Positions 35,300 through 48,073 of a DNA stretch of 64,000 nt are shown here, piece by piece. The notes beneath the pieces are model-generated. The model made no database searches, was not told the DNA's origin, and was given only the letters and a program-made list of their open reading frames with translations. Position numbers and translations under genes: made by a program. This stretch comes from Amphiscolops sp. MND2022 (taxonomy: Eukaryota): the NCBI GenBank assembly GCA_964187785.1, contig OZ076419.1, positions 22,754,001-22,818,000 on the forward strand, in the 5' to 3' direction. The stretch's first letter is position 1; each line of letters opens with the position of its first letter.

Positions 35300-38200
35300 T
35301 TTTCCAATTTGAAGGAGGAATTCGTCGCGAGTCGTAGTTAGATTTTTGGGGTGATTTTTGTGAAGGGGGTTGGCGGTGTGTTAATTGGTTTTATTTAGTG
35401 TACTTGAGTTTTCTTGATCAGCCAGAGCGTTAACTATTTCTTGGGGTATCTGCTTTAGGCCAGGGCTCGGGAGGTTGGTGTTCAGCTCTGGAATTTCCAT
35501 ACTGGGGGTTGGGTGAATTAGGCAGGTTCATCTATATGTTGGGTTATACTTTGGGCTTCGTTTTCCTTGTAGGTCTCTTGCCATTCCATTGCGTACAGGT
35601 CGTTGTGCTGTGTTGTGACTCCATCATCTTCTTGAAATTCTTTAGGAAGTACTGTGATGTTAGGCAGTCGTTTGCTGCAAGTGAATGGTCGTAATCGGAT
35701 CCTGTTAGGTTAGTTTGAAGCTTTCGTATTAGGTAGTTATTATTGGGGAGGGTTTTGACCACTATATAGTCCTGTCCAATGGTCTTCTCGAAACGGCAGT
35801 TTTGTCGCTTGGATGCAGTGCATAGCAGTAGTCATTTACTACTAGTGGATTAGCTGATGCCTTTCTGTCATAATATCGTTTATGCCAAACGTAGGCTTGC
35901 ACCAGTGCTTACTGGCATTGGTTGAGGATTTGTTGCGTCTGTTGTAACACTCCCTCGGCTATCTTGTGGTTCGGTGAGGTTCTTGCCTGTGGTTTGAGTC
36001 CATATTCCAGGCCGAGCATGTTGTATGGGATTCTTCCATGAACAACTCTGCTGGGTGCGCAGCCCAGTGATGTGTGGTAGCAATTGTTGTAGTTTAGCAC
36101 AGCCATCGTTCTGATTGGCCAGAGGAACTGGTGCCACATCGTTCGTCTCTCCCCAGTCATGATTTTGAGTGTTTCTTTAAGGGATGCATGTGTCCTCACC
36201 AGTATACCAATGGTCTGTGCATGTTTGGTGGTGGCGTGTTTCAGTTGTATGCCCAGCACTTTAGTTGTTTGCTTCTTGGCTTCTGATATGAACTGGGAAC
36301 CTTTAGCAGTTATTATTGTCGGGGGTAAGTAGCAATGTCTTGTAATGATGTCTGTCACAAACCGGTCACAATTTTGATGTCTATTCTAATGACGCTGTAA
36401 GCAAAGAAGTACCTGGAAAACAGGCCCATAGCGATGATAAATGCGTTCTAGCCTCCCGAATAGTCTTGGTGGCATATTCGGGCTGAAAGTCCCGGGAAGT
36501 AGTATTTCTTACGACATTGCTGTAGTGTTTTGGCGATGCCGGGATGATTTTGCGAACTTCCCGTGGAGAGGCTGAATACATTCGGTTACAAGTTGTTTGG
36601 GTATGAGGACTTGTAAGTCTTTTAGTTTCGCAGTGTGTCCGAAATACTGCCTAAAGAGGTGTCCGTCTTTGATAATGACTCTGTCATCTTGGGCTAGATA
36701 TTTCGCTGCTCTAGTGTCGTCTCGTCATGTATAAGTTGGGCGTCGTATTGTTTTTTGAGGAGTTTGAGTTTGAGCTTTCTTAGGACAGGTTCTTGTTCTT
36801 TTTGTGTTCTCAGGCTACGTGGGAAGTTGTTTTCATTGTGGAGTTGTCTTTTCTACTCTTGTTCGGGATCCTGGATGTTGTTACAGACTGCTTTGAGGTT
36901 CCTGCTGCTGAGCTTCCGTTTCAGGTTCGGTTGGGGGGTTGTGTTTTGAATATATTTCCTTTGTTGCAGCTTGTTTTCTGTCCCAGATATCTTCTTCCAT
37001 TTCGGAGTCATCATCAGGGAAGAAGTGAAATTGGTAATCTTCAAGGATGTCTGAAGATTGGACGTTCAGTTGGATCGACGTGGTTTGTATGTCTTCTCTG
37101 ATTTAGAGGAGAATCTTTTCCTTAGGATCAACATCCAGTCCTGAGAGAAAATCTCCTGCTGTATTCATTCTGCCGAGTACATGCGCGATTTTGAAGTTAA
37201 ACTGGAGAACGAAATCGCATGCGTTCCAGCGTGATGGCAAGATGATTTTGCTTTGAAAAAACATGGTTACGGATTTGTTATCCGTCAAGACAATTGTCGG
37301 CTTTGAAGATCCCTACAGATGTGGCTATATTCCATGAAAGCAAAATAAATAGCCAGAAATTCTTTTGCGTGAATAGACAGTTTCAATTTGGAGGGTGAAA
37401 ATGATTTGATCCAAAAGCTGCTGGTGCGTAGGTCTTTTTAACTGATTTTATTTTTTGCTCGGGGTCTTCCTTGGTCATCGGAATAACCGGGGTAACCGGG
37501 GTTTTTGAAATTTGCGTCAGACGTCAGTACGTACTGCCTGTTTGGCAGTGGCTGTTTGAGCCAGAGATAACAGGCATTGTTGAGGGATTTGATTATGGCC
37601 TCAACAATTGTGATCAGTTCTTGATCTGTCTTGGCTGGCTGGTGGAACGGGGCATTTTTTTCGGACAGACAGGGAATGTAATTTTTGATACAATTTACGA
37701 ATCCGATGTAACGTTGCAATCCTTTTTTTCTCCTCGGGACTTTTAGTGTCTTCAGGTAGTTTTGTATCTTGTGGTTCTGTGAGGCTACGCCTAAGGGGGA
37801 AATTGTGCGTCCTAGGACTTCCACTCCCTTCGATCCGAATTGGCATTTGGCCATTGTAAGCCGGAGCCCTGCTTTGCGGATGCATTGGAACACTTCTGTC
37901 ATGGTGTTTTTCAGTTCTTCTGGGGTGTTGGTGGCTATACCAATGTCGTCCACATACTGGGCGCATTTGTCTGCTTTGATGGCTTTATAGAGGTACTCCC
38001 TCATAAAACTTGAGAAAGAAGACAATGAACAGTTGAGGCCTTGGGTCAGCCTGATGTACGCAAATGTCCTGCTGCCGAAGTTGAATGCGAGATGTTGGAT
38101 TGACTTCTGGTCTGCCATTTGCAGTGCGTGGTAAGCTTGTGAGCAATCAAACTTACAAAATAGCTTCTAGCCAGCGAGGTGTTGCGCCGCGTCCGTCATT

Positions 38201-41200
38201 GTGCTGACTGTATGATTGTGATTTGTATAATCATCCGAGATTAAATTGTTGATCTTCCTGAGTTCAACTAACAGGCGTAATCTTCCGTTCAGTTTTCGTT
38301 AAGCGAATATAGGACTGGCATATTTACTAAAAAATGAGTGGTAATTGTTCTAAAGAAGTGCATTAGTGCCAGTTCTACGGTAAGATTATCCTTTAAGTTG
38401 ATTGGACACGGTAGGTTTTGTGAATAAGCGGATTCATCATATTTGGGTGTGAGATTTACTTTGAACTCGTGATTGATCACAATGTCTAGCCTGTGCCTTG
38501 CGAATATCGTTCAATTGTGATTCGTTCCATTTGAATCTTTGGAGGAAATTTTTCCGTTCTTCAGGGCTTTTTTGGGGTTGAAATTTTGTATCTTTTCGAG
38601 TTCTTGGATTTCTCGTAGTAATCTACTTTCGAATGGTGTGTGCGTTTTTGGGTCTCCTGGGTTCTCTGGTGTTAGAACCCAGAAGTTCCGGATGTTGGGT
38701 GGGCTGTCCTCGATCTTTTGAAGCTCGTTAACGTATGAGATGGCGTCTCCTGAGTCATCTTCTGCCAGTACATTTAGAGTTGCTGTGTTTAACGGTTATA
38801 GTTCTTTTGTTTCTTCCGAGGACAATTTTTTGAACTCTGTAACTGTCGTGTTCTTTTTGATCGTGCACGGTGTTTGTGTGTTGTTAGTGACCCTGACTTC
38901 GACTTTCCGTTTTGAGGCGGTAGAGATTGAACTTGCTACTACGAGGGGTCACCGCTGCAGTGGTTTGTAGCTGGATTGATAACGCCTGTTGTGTCAATGG
39001 TCGATGCTACATCACCGTGGACAGTGTTGGTTTGCGTTGTCTCGGGCGGTATTGTGATAGGGGTTTTGGTTTGGACCGTGTATAGCTTTTTATTCCGGGT
39101 ATTCTTGTCGATTTCGATAGAGTATATGAGGTGGAAGTATAACAGTCCTTGGCTCACATCGAGTATGGCGCTGTTGTTTTGGAGAAAAGTGAAGCCCTGT
39201 TTGGGTCTAGTGATTCTCTTTGCTACAATGAACGTTTCTTTAAAGTTCCAGTCCCCTCTTTCAAATTGGAGCATTATGGTTTTAGTTGGAGTTTAAATGT
39301 CGCGTTTTGCGACTTGTAATTTGACCGGGTGTGGCTCCATTTCTTCGACGATGTCTTTGGGTGAGATCGTTGTATATTGGCGTAGAATACTTCGGACGGG
39401 CAGTTGACGAGGGCGCCCGAATCGAATCAATGAGTGCATCTAGATGAGTTCATGGAATTCCATGGGAGCGAAAAGCATTTTCTTCTTTTTCTTGAGAGTA
39501 ATGGCTGAGAAAATTGGGATGCACGTTTCTTTGGTTATAGGGTCTCGGGTGAGGTTTTCTGCAACCTGGTTGATGGTGAAGGACCGAGGTTCGTCCTGGG
39601 TTGGTGTGTCGCTTACATCACCTGAGAGGGATCCAGATTGCATGTTGGTTGCGTCAATCGTAATGGGTCGAGGGTCCTCGACTATATTTCCTGAGTGACT
39701 ATCTTGAGAGGCGATGGAGACTGGTTTCTCTTCGGGGGAGAGGGGTCGCAGAAGCAGAGACCTCTTGATTTTAATTGTTTGTGGTTTCGAAATTACTGTT
39801 TCCGTGTTCGTTTGTATTTGGGCCGTGTCCACGGCTTCAGTTGTTGGTCTGCTGGTGGCATTTTCGATTGAGTGGATGTCGGGAGCGACTTCCATTGTTG
39901 GTGACCTGACGTTACCTGCACTTAAAGGGTTTGGTATTTGGTTTATGGTTAGCGAGTGTTCGACGGTAAGGGCCGAATCTTTGGTTTTGAGGGTGGAATT
40001 GGTTTGTGTGATATTTCGTTATCACACGTTATCCACTGTTATTTCGATCACACGTTTATCATCTTGGTGATATTCTGGGACTGTCTGGACGTGTTTCGCT
40101 CTGTGGCGGGGTTCTGTTGATATATTCATGCCTGTTTTCCTAATGTATTCCTCGAATGGCGTATTTTCCTGTTGTTTAAAGGTTAAATCATTTTTGTCGT
40201 AAATTTCGGGGTGTCGTACGGGTCACAGTTAAAGTCTGGATCATGTATGTAAGTTTCATGGTGGTACATACTATGCTGGGTCGCTTGGTAGTGTTGTAGT
40301 AGGTTGGGTTGTCAATGTATCATTGTGGGTAGTCTGTTTTTTTAGTCGTTTGTCGATTATGTTGATTTAGCTTATGAATCTGCCATCTTCGATGCCAGTC
40401 GAGAGATGGTTGATCGTGACACTCTTCATGTATTTTTTGGTCATATTCTCTTGGGGGTTCAGATATAGTATATTTTCGGGTTTCGACAGTCTCCCCAAAC
40501 CGACGATGTGGCGAAGCTAGCTTTTCTGTCTGGGTTTGATCTTCAATTTGGATTTGGGGTTGTACTGCTGTGAGAATTGGTGGTCGGAAGCCAATTTGGC
40601 TACTAGGTGGATGTGGGCACTGCGATTGGGTGGGGGTGAATATGTCCTTATTGTACAGACCTTGTTGTGATATGGGAATGTTATTTGGTGGAGTGGCTTT
40701 GGGGGTTTTCCATCATTGTTGTCTGTTGTTGGCCCAATTTGCTCCTGAGTAAAACTCCTCGGGTTGTATAACGTTTCTTGCCGCAGGTTTCGCAAGGGTC
40801 AGTGATCTTGTTTGGGACTCTATTGGCACCGTTTTCTTGCTTCTCGGGCTGTCTTTTTACAGTTTTTGATGACGTGACCCGGGTGTCCGCATCTATAACA
40901 CGTCCTGGTGGCTTGGGTGAATTTTGTGTTTGTTCGGAGCTCTGTACATCGACTTGATGTATCCGGCGATGTTGGTGTCGAAGGCGGCTCACTGTCCATT
41001 TAGTTTCATTTCGCGCTCCAGGTGCTGGACCATGGTATCGTAAGATTCAGTTTCCAACTTTGCTTGATTTAGGACCCTCTTGAAATGTGGCGGCATTTTG
41101 TTAGGTGACAGTTACCTCTGTCACCATGTAATGACCACCTGCGTGGGTCATTTCTTTCAGTTCCGCTGACCTAGACGTAGAGGCCGTATTTTCAAGGTTG

Positions 41201-41467
41201 ATTTCGTTTGTTCCTGGGAAAGTAGACCCGGGCGTTCTGCCGGACAAGGTATCGATTTGGGAAGTAAGTATTTCTATCATTTTGAGAATTTCCCTTTGGT
41301 TTGCTTCAGTCTCCTTGTTTTTCCTACTAACAGACTTTTCGACCTTTTCGGAGAGTTCGGAAAAATCTTTGTCAGAAATGGTTGTGACGTTTTGCTGCTT
41401 CAGGCTCGTCTAGCGAACTAGTCAACAAATCTCTTCTAGCCTTTCTTTTGGATGATCTTTCAGGCAT
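35300..41467 (-). pseudogene. gag-pol of the old Gypsy element, many frameshifts and stops
   Basis: Gag: MVQHLEREMKLNG and the CETCGKK knuckle. Protease near 39.4 kb. RT QGLNCSLSSFSSFMREYL...QYVDDIGIA at 37438-38118. RNase H near 37.1-37.5 kb. Integrase IITAKGSQF at 35909-36358. GPY/F-like LPNNNYLIRKL near 35.7 kb. Confidence 0.9.
41114..41126 (-). promoter_or_regulatory. Primer-binding site TGGTGACAGAGGT (Leu-tRNA-like, tentative)
   Basis: Immediately follows the ...CATTACA end of the 5' LTR on the minus strand. Confidence 0.65.
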
Positions 41468-42873
41468 TTTATCTCACACTTTCTCCTCTGTCTGGAGCTT
41501 TCAAATCTCAGTTCTCTTTCAATGGTGAAAAAATGGAAGGTTCAGAACAGTACAATTAATTCTTTTCGGTTTAACGGGGAACGAAACGAATTGACTTTTA
41601 AATATCAAATCAAGCTTGCAAGTTAACAATTTTCGAATGATCACAACACAAAGTTCACAAGTATTTATGCCTTTTCCTCAACGCGCACCGGATGTTACAC
41701 GGCACCCTTCACACCTTGTTCAGTCCGGCGTCCTTCCTAAGCGAAGAAAGCGGAAGTTCCGATCATCTCCGCTGAACTCAGACCCTCAGTTTGTTAATGC
41801 TTCCCGGAGAATGCAAGCGTCCACTTCCTGAGCTTCGCTTCTCTTCACCTCCGTTTCCCGCCTTTAAGGGACGTCGAACCTGAACTTGGGCAAGGGCTTA
41901 CGCGCGTGTTTTATCAAGCATTTTTAGAGCAATGGAAAAGTAAAAATACAGCATGACACTCAATTTTACAAAAGGAAACAAGCCTTACCTCATTAAACTC
42001 AGGCAATTTCAGCAATTATTTATGAACTTCAAATAATATAACTGCACTTAGTTTTTAGGGCATTTCTAGGCGCAAAACATGAGTATGTCCAAATCTCAGG
42101 TCCAGGCGGTGGCTCAAGTATTCACAAACACCGGCAACACTTACATTCAAACTTTCATGTTTCAAAGCATATGATCAATACTAGAACTTTCAAAACAGAT
42201 CATTTAAAGACATTGTTTAGTTGGAAAGTAATAATCGTTTAGCATCGGTGCAACAAAGTCTTTCCTGCAAGGAGTTTGGGGTATTTTTAGTTCAATCTTC
42301 GTCCTGAGACGTAGCGCATGACGTTCATATGTTTAACACATATAATCAATAATTTAAAGCAATTACTTGTAAAATGTCGCTTCAGTCATTCACTTAGCAC
42401 GTTGATAATATGAGTTATACACACTCGGTAGCGTATTTAGTGTTTAAATAATAAATCACGGCACAATTCATTCTGAGGCCGCTTGCCAGAACGGCGTCAT
42501 AGTTCATAATTTCGAGGCCGCTTGCCAGGCCGCGGGAGTGCTACTCTAATCTTCAGGCCGTTTGCAGTGCCGCGTGCTGCGTTTACTAATAATCATTTAG
42601 CTCCATTTTAAATACGGACTATTTACTTGAGTTAGCTCCATTCCCCACTGTTGTTGATTTTGCACAGGCAGGAATGTTTACTTAATAACGGACTTTTATC
42701 ATCATTATTAAATAATAACATGAAAATGTTAGCTCCGTTGTTGTATTTTAGTATAATATGGTAATTGTTTACTGTTTGCTTGCTGTTCTTTCCTTTGTTC
42801 TATTCCCACTTCCCTTCTCCGTAGACTGCGCTCGGCTTATTGCAGAATTCACAGCTTAGCTGGGGCTGTGACA
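41127..42873 (-). repeat. 5' LTR (1747 bp)
   Basis: TG...CA termini; contains ~300 bp (about 42.06-42.36 kb) absent from the left LTR. Confidence 0.85.
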
Positions 42874-43434
42874 CCCGCAAATATAGAAATCCTAATAAAT
42901 ACTTGAAGAAATAGCTTTGCATCAGGGAAAATATTTCTTGAATGATTCTCCATGAAACTCCAAAAAACATGCTGAAAGTGTTTGACCAACCTAAAAGAAC
43001 ATGTAAAATTTCCCAGCAAATTCAACTAGGGTTAAGTTGAAACCTCTGAAAAACCAAGGGAGCGAACTCGTTTTGAATCGAAAAATTTTTCCAGAAAATT
43101 CTCTCAGTATCAAAAACAAACCGAAGGTCTTTACACTTTGTTTGAAGGCAAAATCTAAAAAACTCTCAGTATTCTCGCAGAACCAAGAAAGAGGCCGGGA
43201 CAAATAAAGAACTTATTTTTAGCCGGCGCCTAATGTAAGATAATTCGACTTTTACAGGTTTTCTTCAAGTAAATAAAGAAGTTCTAGAATCTTTGATTTC
43301 TAAGATCAGTAGTAGGGATTGATGATTTGTCAGATTGATAACAATTCGTGATAAAGGATAAAAAATATAGCAGTCTTTGAGATAATATTTCAAAATAGTG
43401 AACCATGCTTTCCTTTCAAACACGTAGCCTTTAG

Positions 43435-44102
43435 ACGGAGTATACCATAGTGTAAATGGGCACAATGTTGTTGGACCTGGTGTTGAGGAGGTAATCAGCA
43501 CTCCAAACGATTACATCGAACAATTGGTGAAAGTTTTGCAGGAATTGAAGCGCCAAAGTGAGAACATGCACGAAAACCAGGTCAGACCATGGCCAAACAA
43601 AGTATGCGTTTTATCATACCACCATGAATTGATTGCAAACGTGAAAGAAGAACTATCAAAGAAGGGATTCCCAATTGGTTCCATATCCGAGCAACTCCAT
43701 GACGACACTGGCAGTATTTTAGCTGTGGACGTCGCTGAAAATTCAGTCTCATTGGAGTGGCCTGTTGTGATAGCTCTGATGAACGTGAATGAGAAAATGA
43801 TGGAAGAAGAATTTGCCCTTGGCCATAAAGTTGTCTTGTCTCGAGCCATCAGCAAGCTTTTTCATGTGGTGATTTTCAGCGAAGAAGACCGGCCCTCAAA
43901 GAAGAGTTGGCCAGGCATGGGCAATTACATGAAGAAGAAAAAAGAAAGAAAAAGAAAAGAAAAAAAGGCAAGATTGGAAAACTTATCACGTATTACTAAG
44001 GAAAATCCACAGTTGCATGAGGATGAGTGGAATAGACAGCGTGCGAGCTCTTTTATTCTCTCCCAGGAGATAAATAATCTCACAGCTTCAAAAGACCTTT
44101 AG
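43435..44102 (+). CDS. SF1 helicase C-terminal part, probably the second half of the NERD-helicase gene
   Basis: The frame opens at 43428 next to a pyrimidine-rich acceptor (cctttag, 43434). It reads GHNVVGPGVEEV, NKVCVLS, motif V-like SVSLEWPVVI and motif VI VVLSRAISKLFHV, followed by a Lys-rich tail. Confidence 0.7.
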
Positions 44103-45900
44103 TAAAGTGTTAAACTCTTCATTTGGAATCCTATATTCTCTTGCGCAGTTTCAATCAAATTAATTAAAGTTGCTAATTCAACAATATAAAGGAAATGATT
44201 TGTCGATATCTTGAGAAAGAGGACCTCATACTGACACATTTTCACAATTATCACCCAGGTTGGTCTCTCTAGGTTGTCTGTAATGGATTCTTCAAGGTGT
44301 TCCATCCATGTTCAAGGGTCCCATTTTTTGTGTTTCATGCCAAATCAGGTGACCCACGGCAAAAGGATCCTTAATGAGCTCAGCCATGATTCAATCATCG
44401 ACTGCTATGGTGAAAATATCGTGTCAGCAGGTCTCATATAATATTTTGATCAACCGAGTTTGCCAATAAAATTGATTCACAGTTACCTTGAAGACCGGTG
44501 TTCTAATCTCTTTAGATACAATTGCTTCAGTATTTACAGTAATTTCAATCTTTAATTCAAACTCACCAAAAATTCAATATTTGATACATTCTTTTTGTTT
44601 TTTTGAGAATTTTCTGGACTCTACGGAGGCCACGTTCACGTCGTGAGTCCTGTCACGCGCCATTTCTAATGGTTACTTTTCTGTGCCAGTATAAGAAAAC
44701 TTCCAACCCAGATTTTTCAAATTTTATAAACTTTGAATCCGGAAGAACTATAAGTCCGACATTCAAACATCTAACTTCCTCTTTAACCTCATTGGTCTAA
44801 AGACTATAAGCCTGATAAAATTCCCTTTGGAGGGTTTTCATGCATCACCATTCAGTGGACGATCTGACCTTTTACTGTTTAGGTTTTTGTTCTTGGACCA
44901 CAAAATTTCAAGGCTCGTCATCCATGGAACTACTAGTTCTATAACATGCGTTGTGGTACAACCAGATAAATCAGTTGTAAATGTCAAAAAAACGATAATG
45001 AGAATTTTCTAATTTCAACAAACTTATCAATCGCCAATAAAATCATCGGAAGTCTTTGTATAAAAATTACATGCTTTTAGTAAGGAAAAAAGGAAAAAAA
45101 GCCCGACTTTTACAGTGGTTAGTTTTTTTAGTCAGCGCCTTTTCCTTTAAGGAAAAAAAGCCCGACTATTACAGTGGGTAGTTTTTTTCAGTTGACAATC
45201 TCACTCTGTGTGGTCCACTTTTTACAATTTTCATGAGTCATGAATTTTAGGAAATTTATAAATAGTTGCGCAAAAACAAAAGCTTGCTAGGTATTTTTAC
45301 ATTATCTAAGAAACTCAACGGGACCAAAGGGTACACCTTTAGAATATTTTGATTCCACCGTACAACCTTCCCCCTTCTGGGCTTCTCTTTTACATTTTGG
45401 ATGTTCCGGGCATTGGGCTCATTTCTCGTGCAAAATCAGCGGGCTTCTGCAACTCTAGTGTTGAGTTATTTCAGTTATATCCTGAAACAAAACATTTATC
45501 TTCCTTTATCACACCCAAAAGTTTTTTGTGTACTGCACTCCCACGTATCCATTCGGTTGCATGCATTTTCGGTTAGATATTCTAACGGCTAGATTTTCGG
45601 TTTTTAAATATTCATTTTCATTCTCACCGGTGGGCATCTCACCGTCAGTGTGCAGTTTCAGTTCGTCGTCGGGGTTTGTGCAGATTGGCTTATACCCGTT
45701 TCTTTCGGATGTGTCCGGATTTTCAATTTCGAAGTCACTTTCTTCGTCGATCTCGCCTTCTTCGCTTTCCGATTCCGATTCAGATTTCCGTGTTCGGTTC
45801 TGAATTGTTTTCAGTTTGCCATTCAGTATGTCTAAAACTCAGTACCCATCAAAACCTTTTTGAATGCAACATGTCGCGATTTTGTGGCCACCGGATCGAA
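44100..45900 (-). mobile_element. Highly degraded non-LTR retrotransposon (LINE) remnant, tentative
   Basis: Minus-strand fragments: an acidic SESESEEGEIDEE stretch (~45.75 kb), then VGVQYTK and GGRLYGGIKIF (~45.35 kb), resembling APE endonuclease motifs. Many stops. Confidence 0.35.
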
Positions 45901-46289
45901 ATGCTAGTTTATGTTGCTTTTTAACTTAAACGAAATTGTAATAATTTTGTTATCAATCCACGTATTTCCATTCGTTGAATCATCTTTCACAGAAACGGCA
46001 TGAAGTTTTCGCATGGAACCATGCGCTTGGATGCATGTAATTGCATGGAATGTTATAGAAGCGCATGTGGCGATACATCCGAGTTGTACTCAAACCTTCC
46101 ATTGCTTATGCCATCTGCGCCAATTTTTTTCACTTTTCTCATCAAATCATTCAACCTTGAACGCTGTCAAAAAATTTTGCAGGTAGACAAGTTGGTTATA
46201 GACTTTCGTATTTTTCAAAACCGCTCGCTTTAAACTTCGCGACTAAGTTAAAAATATTACATTATGCACGTTTCGACAAAAATTCAACA

Positions 46290-46900
46290 GGTTTGCATTT
46301 TTAGTCGGCGCTTTTATATAAAAGAGCAGCCCGTTTATTACAGTCACTCTTTTCTTGTTTTTCCTTAAAACAGATTCGAAGGCGACGAAATTTTTGTTCA
46401 GTTTGTTTAGCTAAACAATTACCTAAACGAAAACGCATCTAAGATAATGCAAAGGGTCCCACCTTTTATTTTTTAACTTTTCAACGTAACATGCAAAACC
46501 GGACCTGACTAAAAGGTCCCCCTTTCAATTTTTTTCGGCACTGTGAGACTGTTCGAAAAATGTTCAATGTCTCCAATGGCTCCCCTTTCAATTTTGTGAT
46601 GTTTTGCAACAAAACGAATGTTAAGAAATCCCAATGGGTTCCCCTTTCACTTTTTTAGGCACTATGAGACTGTTTTAAACTTCTCATTTCGGTCTGAAAA
46701 TTGACTTTTTTCGATTTTTTCTTTAATGTCTTCAAAAGGTCCCCTATTCATTTTTTTGATATTTTGCAACTGATTGGATGTTGAAAAATCCTCAAGTCTC
46801 CTTTTCAAGTTTTTCGACGCTATGAGACAATTCAAATTTCTCATTTTTCGATTGACGTTATATCCGAACAATATTGCGTTTTCCAAGGAGGCGGCGGTTC
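46290..46900 (-). repeat. Inverted partial copy of the 21173-21786 repeat family
   Basis: tttagtcggcgc at ~46300 is the reverse complement of the family 3' end; internal ggtcccctttcaattttttcggcactgtgagact. Confidence 0.6.
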
Positions 46901-47444
46901 AAAACAAGCGCTCCCATTTGTTCCACCACTCTGTATCCGAACTTCTTAAGTGTTTTCCGAGCACGAAAGGCAAATCTTGTTGGTGTCTAGGAACTATTTG
47001 GTGCATTTTTTCCTAACGTCCTGAGCATGTTTCAAAAACATTTTGAGCCTTCGGTAAAACGCCGACTTGAGACGTTCCTGTCTTGTTTCTTGATTAATGA
47101 AGTTAATGTTTTCAAGCTATCTCGACAAAATTTCACAGCACAAGTCCTCTGAGGATGCTGATTAGTTTTGCTTATAGGCTTTTTTGAGATCAAATGAAAA
47201 TCATGATGCAACTCTATTTCAAAATGCAACTCTATTAGCTTATTTAGCTCATTCATATGCATGTACAGTGGTACTCTTTGACATGAAAAAGTGTTTTTTT
47301 CTAATTCAAAATAAACTGGAAATCAAGGAATATCAATTTGTATGAGGATCTATACTGAGTTGGTTCAGAATTTAATTTTTAACAGGTGATTTTTCAATCA
47401 TTATCCACCATTCAGAACATTCTTCTGAGAAGCAACATCAGACA

Positions 47445-48073
47445 TACAGTACTGTGATTCAGAAAACCTCCCCGGGCAACTTTGGGCTCGATTCACTCGT
47501 TTGGAAAACATCAGAAATATAAATATCTTCGAATTTCATCAAATTTGGGTTAGTATTTTTCTAAACTTTTCTGGGAGCAAGTTTGTGAAAGCTACAAACA
47601 GCTAATTTTGAGCAAAATTGGGACTTTTTGACTGCTTTATCTACAGTTTTTTGACACGTTTTATGCTCATTTAACTCCCACAAATCTACTAAATCTATGT
47701 ATATATTTAGATTTCAAAATATTCAACCGTTTTGGAAACATCATGCTCCAAAAGTAAAATTTCGTCGATTTACATGTCTTAAATTAGAAAACTAACGTTT
47801 CGCGGTAAAAAAAATGCAGTTATTTTTTTATTTAGAAGGGTTTTGAAACGCAAAATATATCTTTGAAGTCTAGACAATCTGCCAAATACAATGATTTTGA
47901 TTTTTTTTGAAAACCATTTCAAAAACCTGTCCAAAATTGAGAAAATAACAAAAGTGTTTTTTCTGCGCCTGAGAATTCACTTGATGTGATCAAAATTGAA
48001 AGTCATAACAAAGAAGCGATTTTAAAAAACGACGCTCAGCGCATAGGCACGTTTTCTTAATCACAGTACTGTG
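47445..48073. mobile_element. ~630-bp MITE with TIR (C/T)ACAGTACTGTGATT(A/C)AGAAAAC, related to the ends of the 1399-11374 element
   Basis: Left tacagtactgtgattcagaaaac; right gttttcttaatcacagtactgtg. The first ~200 bp share motifs with 1400-1600 (ggctcgatt, aattgggacttt). acgctcagcgca resembles 11320-11332. Confidence 0.8.

Larger units (their letters stand above)
28977..42873 (-). mobile_element. Old, degenerate Ty3/Gypsy LTR retrotransposon (~13.9 kb) with antisense cargo gene
   Basis: Homologous LTRs 28977-30439 and 41127-42873 (both TGTAATGACC...GCTGTGACA). PBS next to the right LTR. Decayed gag, PR (DALIDSGALVNC, broken by a 4-bp duplication), RT (YVDD), RNase H and IN in Gypsy order. 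The LTRs are clearly diverged and the flanks (ctagc, cccgc) do not form a TSD. Confidence 0.75.
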
